A DNA stretch of 58,869 nucleotides, counting the filler, from Catajapyx aquilonaris (lineage: Eukaryota), in assembly GCA_000934665.2 (NCBI GenBank). It is 2 parts of 2 records of this genome, joined end to end, with 100 filler letters (N's around TTAATTAATTAA, not from the genome) between each part and the next. Parts side by side here need not be neighbours in the genome. Positions count along the whole stretch, not along the records: positions 1 to 29,344 come from JYFJ02004811.1; 1 more part is not named here. The stretch is one strand, 5' to 3'. The position numbers were made by a program, and so were the translations under genes. The notes below the pieces were generated by a model, which saw nothing but the letters and a program-made list of their open reading frames with translations, was not told the DNA's origin and made no database searches. Shown here one piece after another: positions 1 to 11,160 of the stretch. Position 1 is the stretch's first letter; each line of letters starts with the position of its first letter.

Positions 1-485
1 TTGCCTTTCCATATGGTGTAAATAAACTATTAGTTGCATCTGGACATTACGTGCATTATTCCCACCACCTGACGGACCAGCACCTTTCTGGTCGACATTG
101 CATTATGTTTCTTAGGCCCACCCCAGGTGTTACAACAACCAGGGGATATTTGAACTAAAATGGATGAAAAACAAGAATGTTGTCACCAAACCCAGCCAAA
201 ACAACTTTTCCACACATTAATAGATAATAAACCCCAGATGACTATTGGAAAATGACAATAATTGTCCCACTTGGTAAATGTAATGACAATTAGATTTAAT
301 CTCACATCCATATAAATTTTTTACACTCTCCCACATCAAGATTGTGCTTCTCTGCCTGAGTGGACTGTGGCCAAGTATAAGATAGGCAGAAGTAGTAAGT
401 TTATTATAATAGTTTCCCATGTGCACCTCCCTTCCATTGCAGTTGGGGGGAGGGGGGAGGGCAAGGGTGCAGGCGGGTAACTCAC

Positions 486-965
486 CAAGGGGTTTAGTTA
501 GGTGCTTGGAGTCCACTGCTTGAGCCAATGTGAGAATAGCACTCGCCAGATTCTTGATAGCAGCCTTGTTGTCACCCTTCTCTTCCTTTCCCTTCTCTTC
601 CAGCCCAATGTCACCCTTTCCATTTGATGCCGAAATAGTGGCTGAGAAGACAGAAATGGTATCCATCCCATTGACCTGAGTTGGATCTGGCGTTGCAGTG
701 TGATTCTGGGAGACCTCAAGAGAAAGGAATATTTTTTCGTTAGAAAAGCAATCCAACTCATCTCTCCAAGCTTTCCAATCCGATCCTTCACCTTAAGGCT
801 CCCAAGCCCAGAGCAAGGAATCTCTGCCTCCATGGACTGGATGTTGGCCCTCAGAAGTTGCTCCATGTAGAGATCTACACATATTCCTTTCTGCTTCATA
901 AACAACACTTCATCCTTTTCTGACTGATGATCTGACTTGTGTGCCATACGAACATTCTTCCGTGA
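486..965 (-). CDS. ACF1-like exon (post-WHIM3 region) with an internal frameshift
   Basis: Acceptor catag|TCA at 965, donor G|gtgag at 486. The first half reads ...MEAEIPCSGLGSLKVKDR; the second half, in another frame, reads KAWRDEL...NLASAILTLAQAVDSKHLTKPLG. Confidence 0.8.
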
Positions 966-2063
966 CTATGAATGGAGATGTATTGTTACTAGTTAGGGTG
1001 TCGAGTCTAGTATTAAGATATAACCTGCAACTTAAACATTACTGAGCTGCATATTCTTGATGAATTTTCCACTGATGTACAATATCAATTATATCACTCA
1101 AATCTCCAAAGGATAGCTAAAAGTTTCAAGGTAGATATCTTTGGAAATATTACCCTGCCACAGAAGGAAGTTTGAATGAAGTAGTATCCTTTAGGTGAAT
1201 GTTCTTGGGATTAACTCAATTTTGACATTTTTGTGGGTTCACTCATTATTGCACAACACCATCCATATATAGCCACAAGGTGTGTTTTTAAACGTCTGGT
1301 CACTCTGATTTTTATGGGCATGCTATTACATGCATGTTCACAGTAATGCAATAAAAATGACCTCAGAAATGATGCTGGTGGGATGGCTTGGGAAGGTGCA
1401 GGGGCAGAATGATTTTTATGTTTTACTGGCAAAACATTATCATGAATGCTTTCTCATAAGAAAGGCAGGTTCAAGGGACACAGGTAATATTGTGCCAATT
1501 TAGTAATTCCCTCTCCATGCACAAATGGATTGGCTAAATATGTAGGTCTTGTGATTATCTCAAAATGTCAAAATATGATTTGTCAAAAGTATAGAATATT
1601 ATTGTGAACAATGCAATTTCAGCATGAAGTTCCTATATCACTCCTTGAATGCTTCAGTATTCAGTGTGTCTGAATTTAGCTCATATTATATGTATGAGTT
1701 GAAATGGTGGAGACTTGGTCGCATGAATAGATGTTCATATGCCTATGTGGTACCTAATCTAATATTTCACTCACTGTCAGTCAGAAAAATCAATGATGCA
1801 TACTTCAAGCACAACTTCCCTCTCTCTCACCTTTTTTTTCCCCCTCTCAGGGTGTGAACAGGCCTTGTGGCATACACACCATTTCTGCCAATAGATATGT
1901 GAGCTAAATTCTGAAATATACTTCATGTATGAGGGTGTATTCTTATAGTATAATGGCCTATAATTTATTTAGCAAGAACTACAGGTGAAAAGTCTTGCAT
2001 GCTCTAGTAGTTTAGTGACTTCAAAAGTCTTACACCTAGAAAAATAACCCTCACATGTTGTAC

Positions 2064-2494
2064 CTTGGTCTGATCAATTTTATGAAGGCGGCGAAAGGCA
2101 CAGCCGTCAACAATTCGGTTCCTGACCATGTTCAAGGCTGACTCATCATAGAAGAACCATTTCTTGCGCTTGGATAAATCCGTAGTGTGCACAGGACAGT
2201 TCCTGTTATCACCTGTGCACATGCCAAACACAGGGGGGCAGCCAATCAAGGAACTCTCTGCAGGAGGGGGTGTCTGAGATTCTTCTAAGGCCATAGAACT
2301 CTTCTGATTACTTGAGGTGCTGTCCCTGCTAGGACCAGCCTCGGAGAGGATAAGATTGTTCTTCATACCAATCAAGTTCTTTTTGCAGGTGCTGGATGGC
2401 ATGTCCTCAAGTTCCAGTTCTACATTTCGAAGGGCCAGCCCTACCTCATCTTCTCTATCATTTCCACCATCCTTAGAACTGTTACCACGTGAAC
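2064..2494 (-). CDS. ACF1-like exon, WHIM3 region
   Basis: ttccag|GT acceptor (phase 1) and AAG|gtac donor; encodes FGMCTGDNRNCPVH...KWFFYD. Confidence 0.8.
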
Positions 2495-3463
2495 CTGGAA
2501 ATAGGTAAGTGATGTACATGATTGTTAAAATGTTCCCATATTACATGCAACACAACAACATTGTATTATCATTCAAATCAATGCAAATGTTGCAGAAATT
2601 CCTACACACTCGAATTGATCCAGAGAAGCAAAGGCTAACTTCCCCAGTGCACCCCTATTTTACTTTCCTGTCTTCCTTTTCTCCCTGCTCTCTTGCCTCT
2701 GGGGGCAAGAGGGGGTGGAGGTTGTGGAGGTGGGGGGTAGGGGAGTTCTCTGCTAAATTTAGAGGGGCTAGGGGAGATGGAGACAAGTCAAGAAGGGAGG
2801 TGTAAAATTATGATTCAGTTTATGGAGTGTGTGCAAGAAATAATACATGAAACTTGCATGTGATTTCAACTGATTGTGTATGTATAGGACACGGTAGTGT
2901 GATGTAGCATATGGTGATTGCAGGAGCAGAATACAAGCTCAGCATACCAGGTGACACAAGATTTCCAACAATTGCACATAAATGTAGGAGGATATGGGGT
3001 CATGTGGCCCTCCACACGAGAGGTTCTCCGTAAACATGACTGTAACTTACTACATTTACACTGCTTTCTGAATTCATATGCTGTGATACAATACCAGATG
3101 TCACACTTCAAAATGGCATCACTCATTATTTTTGTAGTCTGTTGCCTATTCTTTTGATATGTTCCTTTCCCATGTGCAAAACCCTCATTTTAACCTAGGA
3201 TGCTGCGTAAAGTAAATGTAAGCTGTGGTTTGGAATGTTTCGCTTTTATCTTTGCCAGTTCAGACTTTTCATGGCTTGAATCCTCCTTATTCCTCACTCA
3301 AGTGTGGCTTGGAGGCCATTTAAAAAGTGCTGTCTCTGTACTTTGTTGATCCGGTCATTGGGGACCACTCAAAAGTAGTAATGTGATTAACCTTTGTCAA
3401 TTAAAATTATTCCTGGCATTGTAACTTGGGCAAGATCACAGGATTCAACAGTGGACTCGAGGC

Positions 3464-3535
3464 TTAGGACCACCCCCTGGCATCAGTGTTGAGCCTTAGC
3501 AGCAGAAATAGGCCGACGTTAAGCCCCACTGATAA
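3464..3535 (+). mobile_element. Short 5'-truncated retroposon insertion with 14-bp TSD
   Basis: AGTGGACTCGAGGC at 3450-3463 and 3536-3549 flanks 72 bp ending ...GGCCGACGTTAAGCCCCACTGATAA. Confidence 0.6.
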
Positions 3536-4059
3536 AGTGGACTCGAGGCAGTTGGTGTGTTCTCTCTTTCTGAATAACATGTAAATATTTTGCCAATGAT
3601 ATTGGTACCTTAAAACTCTAAACTGCATCTGCTACCATGCTCCATGGTTGTCTACTTTTCTTCTGTCTAGCTGCCCAGCCCCATGATGATGGACAACTTG
3701 TTATACAAGTAAGTGGGTAAGGCCAAGTGACCCCAAATATCAGCCCCTCCTGACTGAGCCACATACATTGTTTCTTGACCATGCCATGATGATGATAGCA
3801 TGGCCAGGAAACCTTTGTCAGTGGTTACTTTTTTATAGCCATGCCCTCCCGTTGAACTTTAATCCATTTTGGACTCTTTTCTCATGCATTCACAATATTA
3901 CATACCGTAACTTACTTTTCCATTTACAATTTATAAATTCATGAACCTATTGCAGGATACCCTGCAGTTCTTAGCCGTCCCACATGTGCAGTCATGAGGC
4001 TAAAATCAAAATTCACCTAAGAAAGTAGTAATCTCGTACAGCAAGTAAACATAACTTAC

Positions 4060-4436
4060 TTTTTTGCAGGGGCCTGGGCACTTTGGAGGCATAGTCCTTA
4101 TTCAGTGGAGTTGCCTCATGGTCTGGTTTTGATGTGGAATGTGCCAGGCAGCCTCCCACTAGGTCATCATCATGCTCAACATAAATTCCTGGGACTGACT
4201 GGAAGACCCAACAACGGCGATTGGCCCTATCCCTCCCTAAAAGGTGACCACCTGCCATGGCAGTGAACTTGACTACTGTCTCAGCAAGATGTTTTTTTTT
4301 GCGGTAGAGCTTAGTAGAATGGCGAGTTACTGGTTTATATCGTGAGACAGTTTCTCTCTCCTGCTTCTGCGATGATGCCATATCCGCATTGGAATCCAGC
4401 TTAGGATTTCCAACCTCCATAAGGACTTTCATTTTC
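4060..4436 (-). CDS. ACF1-like exon, WSD/WHIM2 motif
   Basis: ctaag|G acceptor (phase 2) and A|gtaag donor; encodes LLGRDRANRRCWVFQSVPGIYVE. Confidence 0.85.
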
Positions 4437-5168
4437 CTTAGAGCGAACAAAATATGACATTAGATATCTGAGACAACCTTGGTGTAGTCAAATTTGACGA
4501 CATTTACATTTCAATCATGGAAATTACATGTATAAATGCATTTGCAACATTTGAGAGGTATTATTATCAGTTTGTACCCTCTCCTTGAAGGCATATTTCT
4601 AGTGATGCAAAAATTGGGCAGGTTCCATTTTAGAACCAAAAGCAGCTACAACTGTCAAATTTCTGAACCTTTCTTCAGAATTGCCAGACAACTCTCATGT
4701 CAATATCAATGCATACTTTACTATCATGAATTTGCCAAATAGCAATAACAAGTTAGTGTGGAACATGGATATTTTAATTTATCATTTTCAAAGGATATTC
4801 ACCTAGTGTCAGCCTCCAATTTTCTTCACACTTTTGTATGCAAGCATTCGACCCTGAGCAATGAGTAACGTTAAAAGTTATTCTGGCCATATGCAGTATG
4901 GAACTTCAGGGGATGGCAGGGGATGGCAGGGGACAGATTTTACTACTCTGACCATCACAAAACGTTTAAAATGCAATTAATGCTATTCTTCAGCCATTTT
5001 AAGAATCAACTTGGATTCATTGATTTCGTTCTTTGATTTTTGAAACCCTACTTTCCAACTGAGTAAACCCTCCCCTTAAGCTATGTAAATGTCAGTCTAT
5101 TCTTTTGACCTTTTAACTGATCCATTCGAAGCCATAAATCATGATCATAAGGCAGTATCACAACTCAC

Positions 5169-5301
5169 GTTTTCTGCTCTGCAATGTGGAGTTCCGTCTC
5201 AGCTCTTTCAATTCTTTTAAATGACTCATCAATTGTATTCTGGGCTGCGATGTAGGCGAGAATCTGGTTTATAAGGCAGATCAAGATCTTCAGCTTGTTC
5301 C
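5169..5301 (-). CDS. ACF1-like exon, WHIM1 motif (absent from the ORF track)
   Basis: ttttcacag|GG acceptor and AC|gtgag donor; encodes GNKLKILICLINQILAYIAAQNTIDESFKRIERAETELHIAEQK. Confidence 0.85.
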
Positions 5302-5503
5302 CTGTGAAAATAATGAGATCAATTTATTGTCACTCAAACTTGTGAGATAATATTAACAAGAAGAGGAAGAAGATTAAAAGTAATGTACTAAATAATTGTA
5401 TTCAGATTGATTTGCCATTCATTCAAAAAGCTCTTCAAAGGAACTGGGTCAAGCATGCCTTGCCCATTGGTAAGGTGAATGATTGGAATGCTGGTAGAAT
5501 ATA

Positions 5504-6110
5504 CAGTCAGCCCTCCATATCTGTGAATTCTCAACCATCTGCAGATTAATAATATTCATAAAAACTAGGGGAAGGTGTGGTGGCCGAGATGGTAACATCT
5601 TGGCATGCTGTGCAGAAGGTCCCGGGTTCGATCCCTGCCCTGGAGTTCCCTTTCGCCTGTGCCAGTAGGTCTCTGACCCGCACCTTAGGAGGTATCTTGG
5701 CAACCTAGCCTCCTGGGGGACTGCACATGACCCTTTTCAGACATTGCACTTGCACCAGTGTCCCCTCCCCAAAAATCCCCATCCTTATACCCTACATCCT
5801 TAAAGTCCTTACGGAGTTTGAAGAAAAATAAGAAGAATCGATTCAAATGGTGGTAATCCACCCCCCCTTTGAAGCAAGCACTGCTCTATCATGCGGTAAA
5901 ATAATAATAATACGAATAATAATAATAATAATAATAATTCATAAAAACTATCCAGAAATTTAAAGAAATCAAAACTAGAATTTGCTGTGTACCAAGCTGA
6001 ATCCAAGCGAATGAAGTCCTGCATTTTATTTTATTTCTCTTTCAGGTCATTAAATGCAAGCAATCAGTAAGTGTTGAAGGGAAAAAATGCTACTTTGTTG
6101 CGGATGTGTA
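5504..6110. mobile_element. Tigger/pogo-type MITE remnant interrupted by a SINE
   Basis: TA followed by CAGTCAGCCCTCCATATCTGTG resembles MER2/Tigger-type termini; sequence resumes after the SINE TSD; right end degenerate. Confidence 0.45.
5568..5936 (+). mobile_element. tRNA-derived SINE, family A, full length
   Basis: A box TGGCCGAGATGG, B box GGTTCGATCC, (AAT)n tail, TSD ATTCATAAAAACTA at 5554-5567 and 5937-5950; homologous to 13740-14062 and 24693-25059. Confidence 0.9.
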
Positions 6111-6138
6111 CTATGAAGTTAGGCCTAAGGTGGTACTT

Positions 6139-6196
6139 TTTTTTTAAAATTCATACCCCGTTATCAGCCGGCGGCTCTTTAGGGGGGAATTTTTGA
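6139..6196 (-). mobile_element. Extremely 5'-truncated SINE family B (3' stem-loop only)
   Basis: Matches the tail of the 20.0-kb and 27.9-kb SINEs; TSD CTAAGGTGGTACTT at 6125-6138 and 6197-6210. Confidence 0.85.
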
Positions 6197-6860
6197 CTAA
6201 GGTGGTACTTCTCTCTCATTAGTACCAAATTATAATTTTCCCACTTCAACAAGTGGTGAAATTTAGGCTGTTAAAAAGGAGCGTAATGGTGACTTTTTCA
6301 TTCCAGCAGGGAGGGGAAACCAAACTTTGCCCATATTTCCCATTGAAATATTTCCACAAAATTATTCTCATTAAAAAAATTCCCAGCAACTGTACAGTTA
6401 TGGACAAAATAATGTCCTCTTAATGACAAGCCATAACCTCATGAAGGTCGAATGTGCATATTCCAGGGCAGCCCTTGGCGTTTTCCTACTAACACATTAT
6501 TATTATGCATATTAATTCAGAGTGAACCACCAGATACACTGTTGGTGTTGGTTTGAAAAAATTTTAACTATGCAAAAAAATGCCAAAGATCATTGCTAGG
6601 ATGTTGTGTTGGAGCCAGATGAGGGGGAGAAATGCTCGACATTTTTCACTAGTCTCACCTGGCCAGATTTCAGCATGAAATATTTAAAAGTGCTACTTTC
6701 CTGAGTTACCGGTACCAATTTACCAGTCAGTCACTGTGTGGTGTGTATTTATAGAGCCACAATCATTACTCAAGCTCCAATTTTGCTCAATTTTGCATTC
6801 ATTGTAAGGGCCATAGTGCTAAAAAATAAAACACTTCACTGCAAACTTAAATCAACTCAC

Positions 6861-7178
6861 CAGCGGAGAACTCATAAACATTCCCAACACCGAGGGCTCG
6901 AAGGAGGTGTACCCACACCATTCTCAGCCCTGGATCATCTTTGCTCGTATATCCTCCTCTCTCTCGGTCTCTGAAACTGGAGCAGGCATGTCCACCCCTC
7001 CCACCAGATGACAAGAGATGCAGGCGAAGAACTTCAGTTAGCGTGAGAGGGTCCAGGGTCAATTTGTTCAGTGACTCTCCCTGGTATAGGAGGCTCCAAG
7101 TGGCTGCGGCAGTGGACAACTTTATTGCCTTTTCCACATCAGTAACTTCATCATCCATCTCACATATGTCCAAGTTCA
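6861..7178 (-). CDS. ACF1-like exon between DDT and WHIM1
   Basis: ttttttatgtag|TG acceptor and G|gtgag donor; encodes TLDPLTLTEVLRLHLLSSGG...RGGYTSKDDPGL. Confidence 0.85.
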
Positions 7179-7621
7179 CTACATAAAAAATCAATCGAGA
7201 AAATATGGCAAGGCCCTCTAAAACACCACAATAAGTGCATTTAAGTAACTGACATAAGTTACAGAGTGCTTCTCTGTCCAGGTGATAATCCTGGCTCCTA
7301 GGTGTGTGTGTGTGGTTGTAATTTATTTTTCTAAATTCCAAATGATCATTAGAAGTCATTGGAACATGAAAGGTCTTTATTTTTACAATTTGTATGGAAT
7401 GATAGTTGGTACCGGTACCCTATTGTACAGGTAAGACTGGCATGTTCTTCACTAAAGCTGACAGATTGGGCAAATTTGCTTCCATTACAAAATTAACACG
7501 AGCAACTTTAGTTGTAGAAATGGTATTAAAGGACATTCCCCCATGGAGAATTATCATAATATATTAATTTTATGTTTTTCAAATCTCCAAGATATACCAT
7601 TACGCACGACTGAAAGCTCAC

Positions 7622-7898
7622 CTGCAACTTGGCCCTGGGTTTCCTCAACCTTTCCAAACTCATCCTTTTGAAAGGTAAAGATGGACTGAAGCAGGACATA
7701 TAGGATGTCATAAAGTGGCCCACCAACTTCATTTTTCATAAGGCTCTGTTCCAGCATGTCAAATGATACCCCTTCTGGGAAGATATCACTCATTTCCAGC
7801 AACTCTGAGAAACAGTGCATAAACTCCAGCACCATCATGAAGTCCCCAAACAAATGGTTGGGTATCGAACACTGCACTGGAGTAGGCTGGGGAAGGTC
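7622..7898 (-). CDS. ACF1-like exon, DDT domain
   Basis: ttttgtgcag|GAC acceptor and G|gtgag donor; encodes DLPQPTPVQCSIPNHLFGDFMMVLEFMHCFSELL...SFDMLEQSL. Confidence 0.9.
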
Positions 7899-9116
7899 CT
7901 GCACAAAATTACAAAAGAAAAAAAATGGATTAGCTTTTCATATAAGATAATTATTGCAAACTGCACAATTATGAAACAATGCTTTTCTTTATTCCATTGA
8001 TCTTCATAGCAGGTTCCTAGCAGTTCTATAACACACATGCTGAACTTTGTATTTGTCTAACATGAGCTCACACTAAATACAATAAATGATGCGATGTTAT
8101 TGATTGTGCAAGGCCGGTTGCACAAGTTAAGCCCCTTAAAAATACTAGGGGAAGATTTTTTTTTAATGAACTTGTGCTTGGATTGGCATGAACTGGTATG
8201 CAAATCACTGCCTTCAGATGTAGCGAAGGACCCAGCCGGCCCAACCACATTAGGGGTGGCCCCGGGGCAAAGCAACCCCGCCAGAAAATAGGATATGTCA
8301 TGGGAGCACAGCCTAAGTTGGCAGGAAAGGAAAGCCCTGACAAGGGGGCGGATCTCCACCTACCTGCATAACAACATGGTGGTTTCTGCTGCTTTCAGTA
8401 AAACTCATGTACCCAGAGGGATGACTTTCTGCACCTGAATTACACTGGTATGGCATGAGTGTCCAGCCAATTTTTGGAATGTAGAAGGAAAAGTGACAAT
8501 AACCCTGTGAAAACCCACCCGAACGCACACAGATCCTCTAGAAAATCTTTCCACATGACAATGACATTGTCAATTGTGTCCTCTGTCTGACCTGGGGATC
8601 AAATGCATATCCTCACAGGTGGAAGGGTGTGGCATTATTAGCCACAACACCACCATGCTGTCCTCCTTGTGCTTCTTGCACATCCCCTCTTGTCATACTG
8701 TCTATCACCTGCTCTTCATATGAACAATTTTCTTTACTTCCTATCAGAAGGGCCATAAAAATCGCACCACAAAAAGTGTTATACTTTACCACCGACTGGC
8801 ACTCTATGTGCAAAATATTTTCAGCACGGCCTGCAAAACCCCACTACTTGTCCCAGATGTTTCAACCTGCACCACCAATGGTGCAAGTTAAATCACTTGC
8901 AAATGTGATATAAATATCCTTTGATATAGAATAAATATTTTAAATATTGTCATTGATGCAGAAGTGAAGGCACAATATAACTACAGTTTCAGCACAAAAA
9001 TTAAAACACCTTTTGAACAAATTTAAAGGCATAAAGTGATTCAGCTTGCCCTGCTATGCCCTGTGGCCTTTCATATGACAGTACCAGTATGCAATAAATC
9101 ATTTTAATATACTGAC

Positions 9117-9234
9117 CTTGAGATTGTTGCACTCCATATCTTCCTTTGGCTCACTCCATTCACGCACAATCTTAGCCATGTCAATGGGCTCCTCGATCTT
9201 CTCCTGTTGACTTTTACTGTTGACCAGCTCAATT
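9117..9234 (-). CDS. ACF1-like exon preceding DDT
   Basis: aatag|A acceptor (phase 2) and AAG|gtcag donor; encodes ...VREWSEPKEDMECNNLK, matching the ACF1 EWxxPxEDxECxxLK motif. Confidence 0.85.
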
Positions 9235-9299
9235 CTATTGTTATGAATAAACACACAAGTTTCACATTTAGAAAGTGACTGGCATAAAATAATACTAAC

Positions 9300-9427
9300 C
9301 TCTTCGTATCCCGATTAATTTCATTTGCAGCCTTCCTCTTATTCTTGCTTCGTTCTCCCATGCCTGACTTCTTCGAACCTTCCTTACTAGTTGTGTTTGC
9401 CAGCACAATTTTGGCTGCATGGGCCTC
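9300..9427 (-). CDS. ACF1-like exon, basic linker
   Basis: ctcag|GAG acceptor and AG|gttag donor; phase matches the next exon; K/R-rich. Confidence 0.65.
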
Positions 9428-9641
9428 CTGAGTAATTTTCAAAAAGGGGGAAAAAGTATGTATAAGTACACTGAGAGAACACAGGTTAATTCGTATCTCA
9501 GGAAGCTTTTCAATGTCTATTGTTTTTATTATGACAGGTAGAAATCAGAAAAGTAGTCAGAAAGCAATATAAATATTTTCAGGGCAGTATGGGAGTGTCC
9601 AATAGAGCTAAATGATCCTAATTAGACAAGTCTTGTCAGAC

Positions 9642-9797
9642 CTGGCTTTTCTCCAGGTACAGGTCCAGATCCACCTCCTCCACTTCCACATCAGTTATAA
9701 TATTGCACACCATGGAGGGGTCACCCTTTGTTGTCGCCTTCCAACAAGCCCAGAAGGCCTCTATTGCCTCCGGTGTACCCCTCACTGCGGGTAACAT
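9642..9797 (-). CDS. Candidate upstream exon of the ACF1-like gene (5' boundary uncertain, may extend to about 9944)
   Basis: CAG|gtc donor, phase 0, joins the next exon; open frame 9636-9938; no clear homology. Confidence 0.4.
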
Positions 9798-9965
9798 CTG
9801 CAATAGAATTCGAATGTGAATGCTCCTCATTTGGCAGGCAAGTGAAGGAGACATGCTGCTTACTCTTGTTCTTCGATAGTTCACAGTTGGGCATCGCACA
9901 GTGCAAACTTTGCAAATTGTTGCAATAGGCATAATCAACGTATTCTAGGCTACACTGTTAGGAAC

Positions 9966-10250
9966 TCTGGCTGACCCAGCCATTGACCCAGCCCGGGTTC
10001 GATCCCAGCCCGGGGTTCCCCCCTTCATCTCGTGCAGAGTTGGGCCATCTCTGGCTTAGTCTCGGGTGGAAATTTCCGCTAGACTAATCCACCCGGGGGA
10101 GTTCACAAATATACGACATTGCACTTGCACTTTGCATATCCCCTCCTATACTTACCCTTGGAACAACTAAACACATCCAGTGTATGGTTCCAAACAAATG
10201 GTGGTATCCCACTCCCCCAATAAGGACCCAAGGTCCGAGAACGGGGTACA
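9966..10250 (+). mobile_element. tRNA-derived SINE, related to family A in its 3' half
   Basis: B box GGTTCGATCC; shares GACATTGCACTTGCAC and the AATGGTGGTA..CCAC..CCCC...ACGGGGTA tail with family A. Confidence 0.7.
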
Positions 10251-10975
10251 GTAAAATTTTTGTTAAAAAAACAATTTACATTTATAAGCTTACTCAGATT
10301 TGTTAAACAACAAATACTTGGTGGTGCATAGAAGTGGTTTCTGGATTAAATCACAGTGGGAAGAAAGTATGATACAGTGGCCTATACTATTCCCCTCAAA
10401 ATACAAATGTTAAAAATAAAACTTAAAAAAATTACATATTATGAAATCCATGTAGTTGGCTGCACATGTGCAGCACTCTGGTCGGTGGTCCTAGGACCTA
10501 GGATGTGTTTCCCAGGCCCCGCCACACTACACAGTGTGGCAGATTGCAAAAAAGCAGGTACGGTACCAGTAGTCAAAAGTGAAAATATGATATTGTTTAA
10601 ATATTAACAGATTCAACAAACTAAAGTCTACTATTAGTTCCTGATGGTCTCCCACTACATGAATGCATCACATAAATGACGCTGAGTAACATAATAAATA
10701 ATGGTGAAAAATTCTGCAAGCAGAGCATGTATAAGTCAGTGAAGCTTACATCTCTCTGACAATTAAGTGTGGATGCAGTTGTTCTTTCTGGAGTCACTTA
10801 TATACCTCACTATTATCGGTTTAATAGGACCAGTTAGGACAGTAACAAAGCATGAAAGTTTACATGTAATACACACAGGCCAGAGGCCTACACACATGCT
10901 GGATTTTCACTTGATGTCGAAGGATTTTAGTGGCGTTTTCTTACCGTAACTATGACGATTTCGTGCGCACACTTA

Positions 10976-11123
10976 GGGCCAGTTGCACCGGCCTCAGTAT
11001 AACTTAGAACCTCGGGAATAACAAGAATTGCCATAGCAATCATTGTTGGTCAACAATGATTGCTATGGCAATTCTTGTTATACACGAGGTTCTAAGTTAT
11101 ACTGAGGCCGGTGCAACTGGCCC
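10976..11123. mobile_element. Hairpin MITE, PIF/Harbinger (Tourist-like)
   Basis: Near-perfect 148-bp palindrome GGGCCAGTTGCACC...GGTGCAACTGGCCC flanked by TTA on both sides. Confidence 0.85.
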
Positions 11124-11160
11124 TTAGACGTTATATTGGCTTGCGTTTACGATTCTTTAA

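Larger units (their letters stand above)
486..9797 (-). pseudogene. Acf1: ACF1/BAZ1A-like chromatin-remodelling subunit gene; divergent, apparently WAC-less and frameshifted; continues off the left edge of the window
   Basis: Nine minus-strand exons with GT-AG boundaries whose phases join in frame. Translation shows ACF1 hallmarks: EWSEPKEDMECNNLK, a DDT domain, LTEVLRLHLLSSG...RGGYTSKDDPGL, WHIM1, LGRDRANRRCWVFQSVPG, CPVH...WFFY, LGSLKVKDR and LASAILTLAQAVDSKHLTKPLG. Frameshift at 775-784. Confidence 0.8.

Noticed and set aside
5568..5645. Functional tRNA genes at the SINE heads (also 13985-14062, 20250-20320, 27430-27505)
   Set aside because: A and B boxes are present, but each head runs into a repeated body, mostly with tail and TSD; these are SINE heads.
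8110..8135. Harbinger-like terminus GGCCGGTTGCACAA
   Set aside because: No matching inverted end or TSD found.
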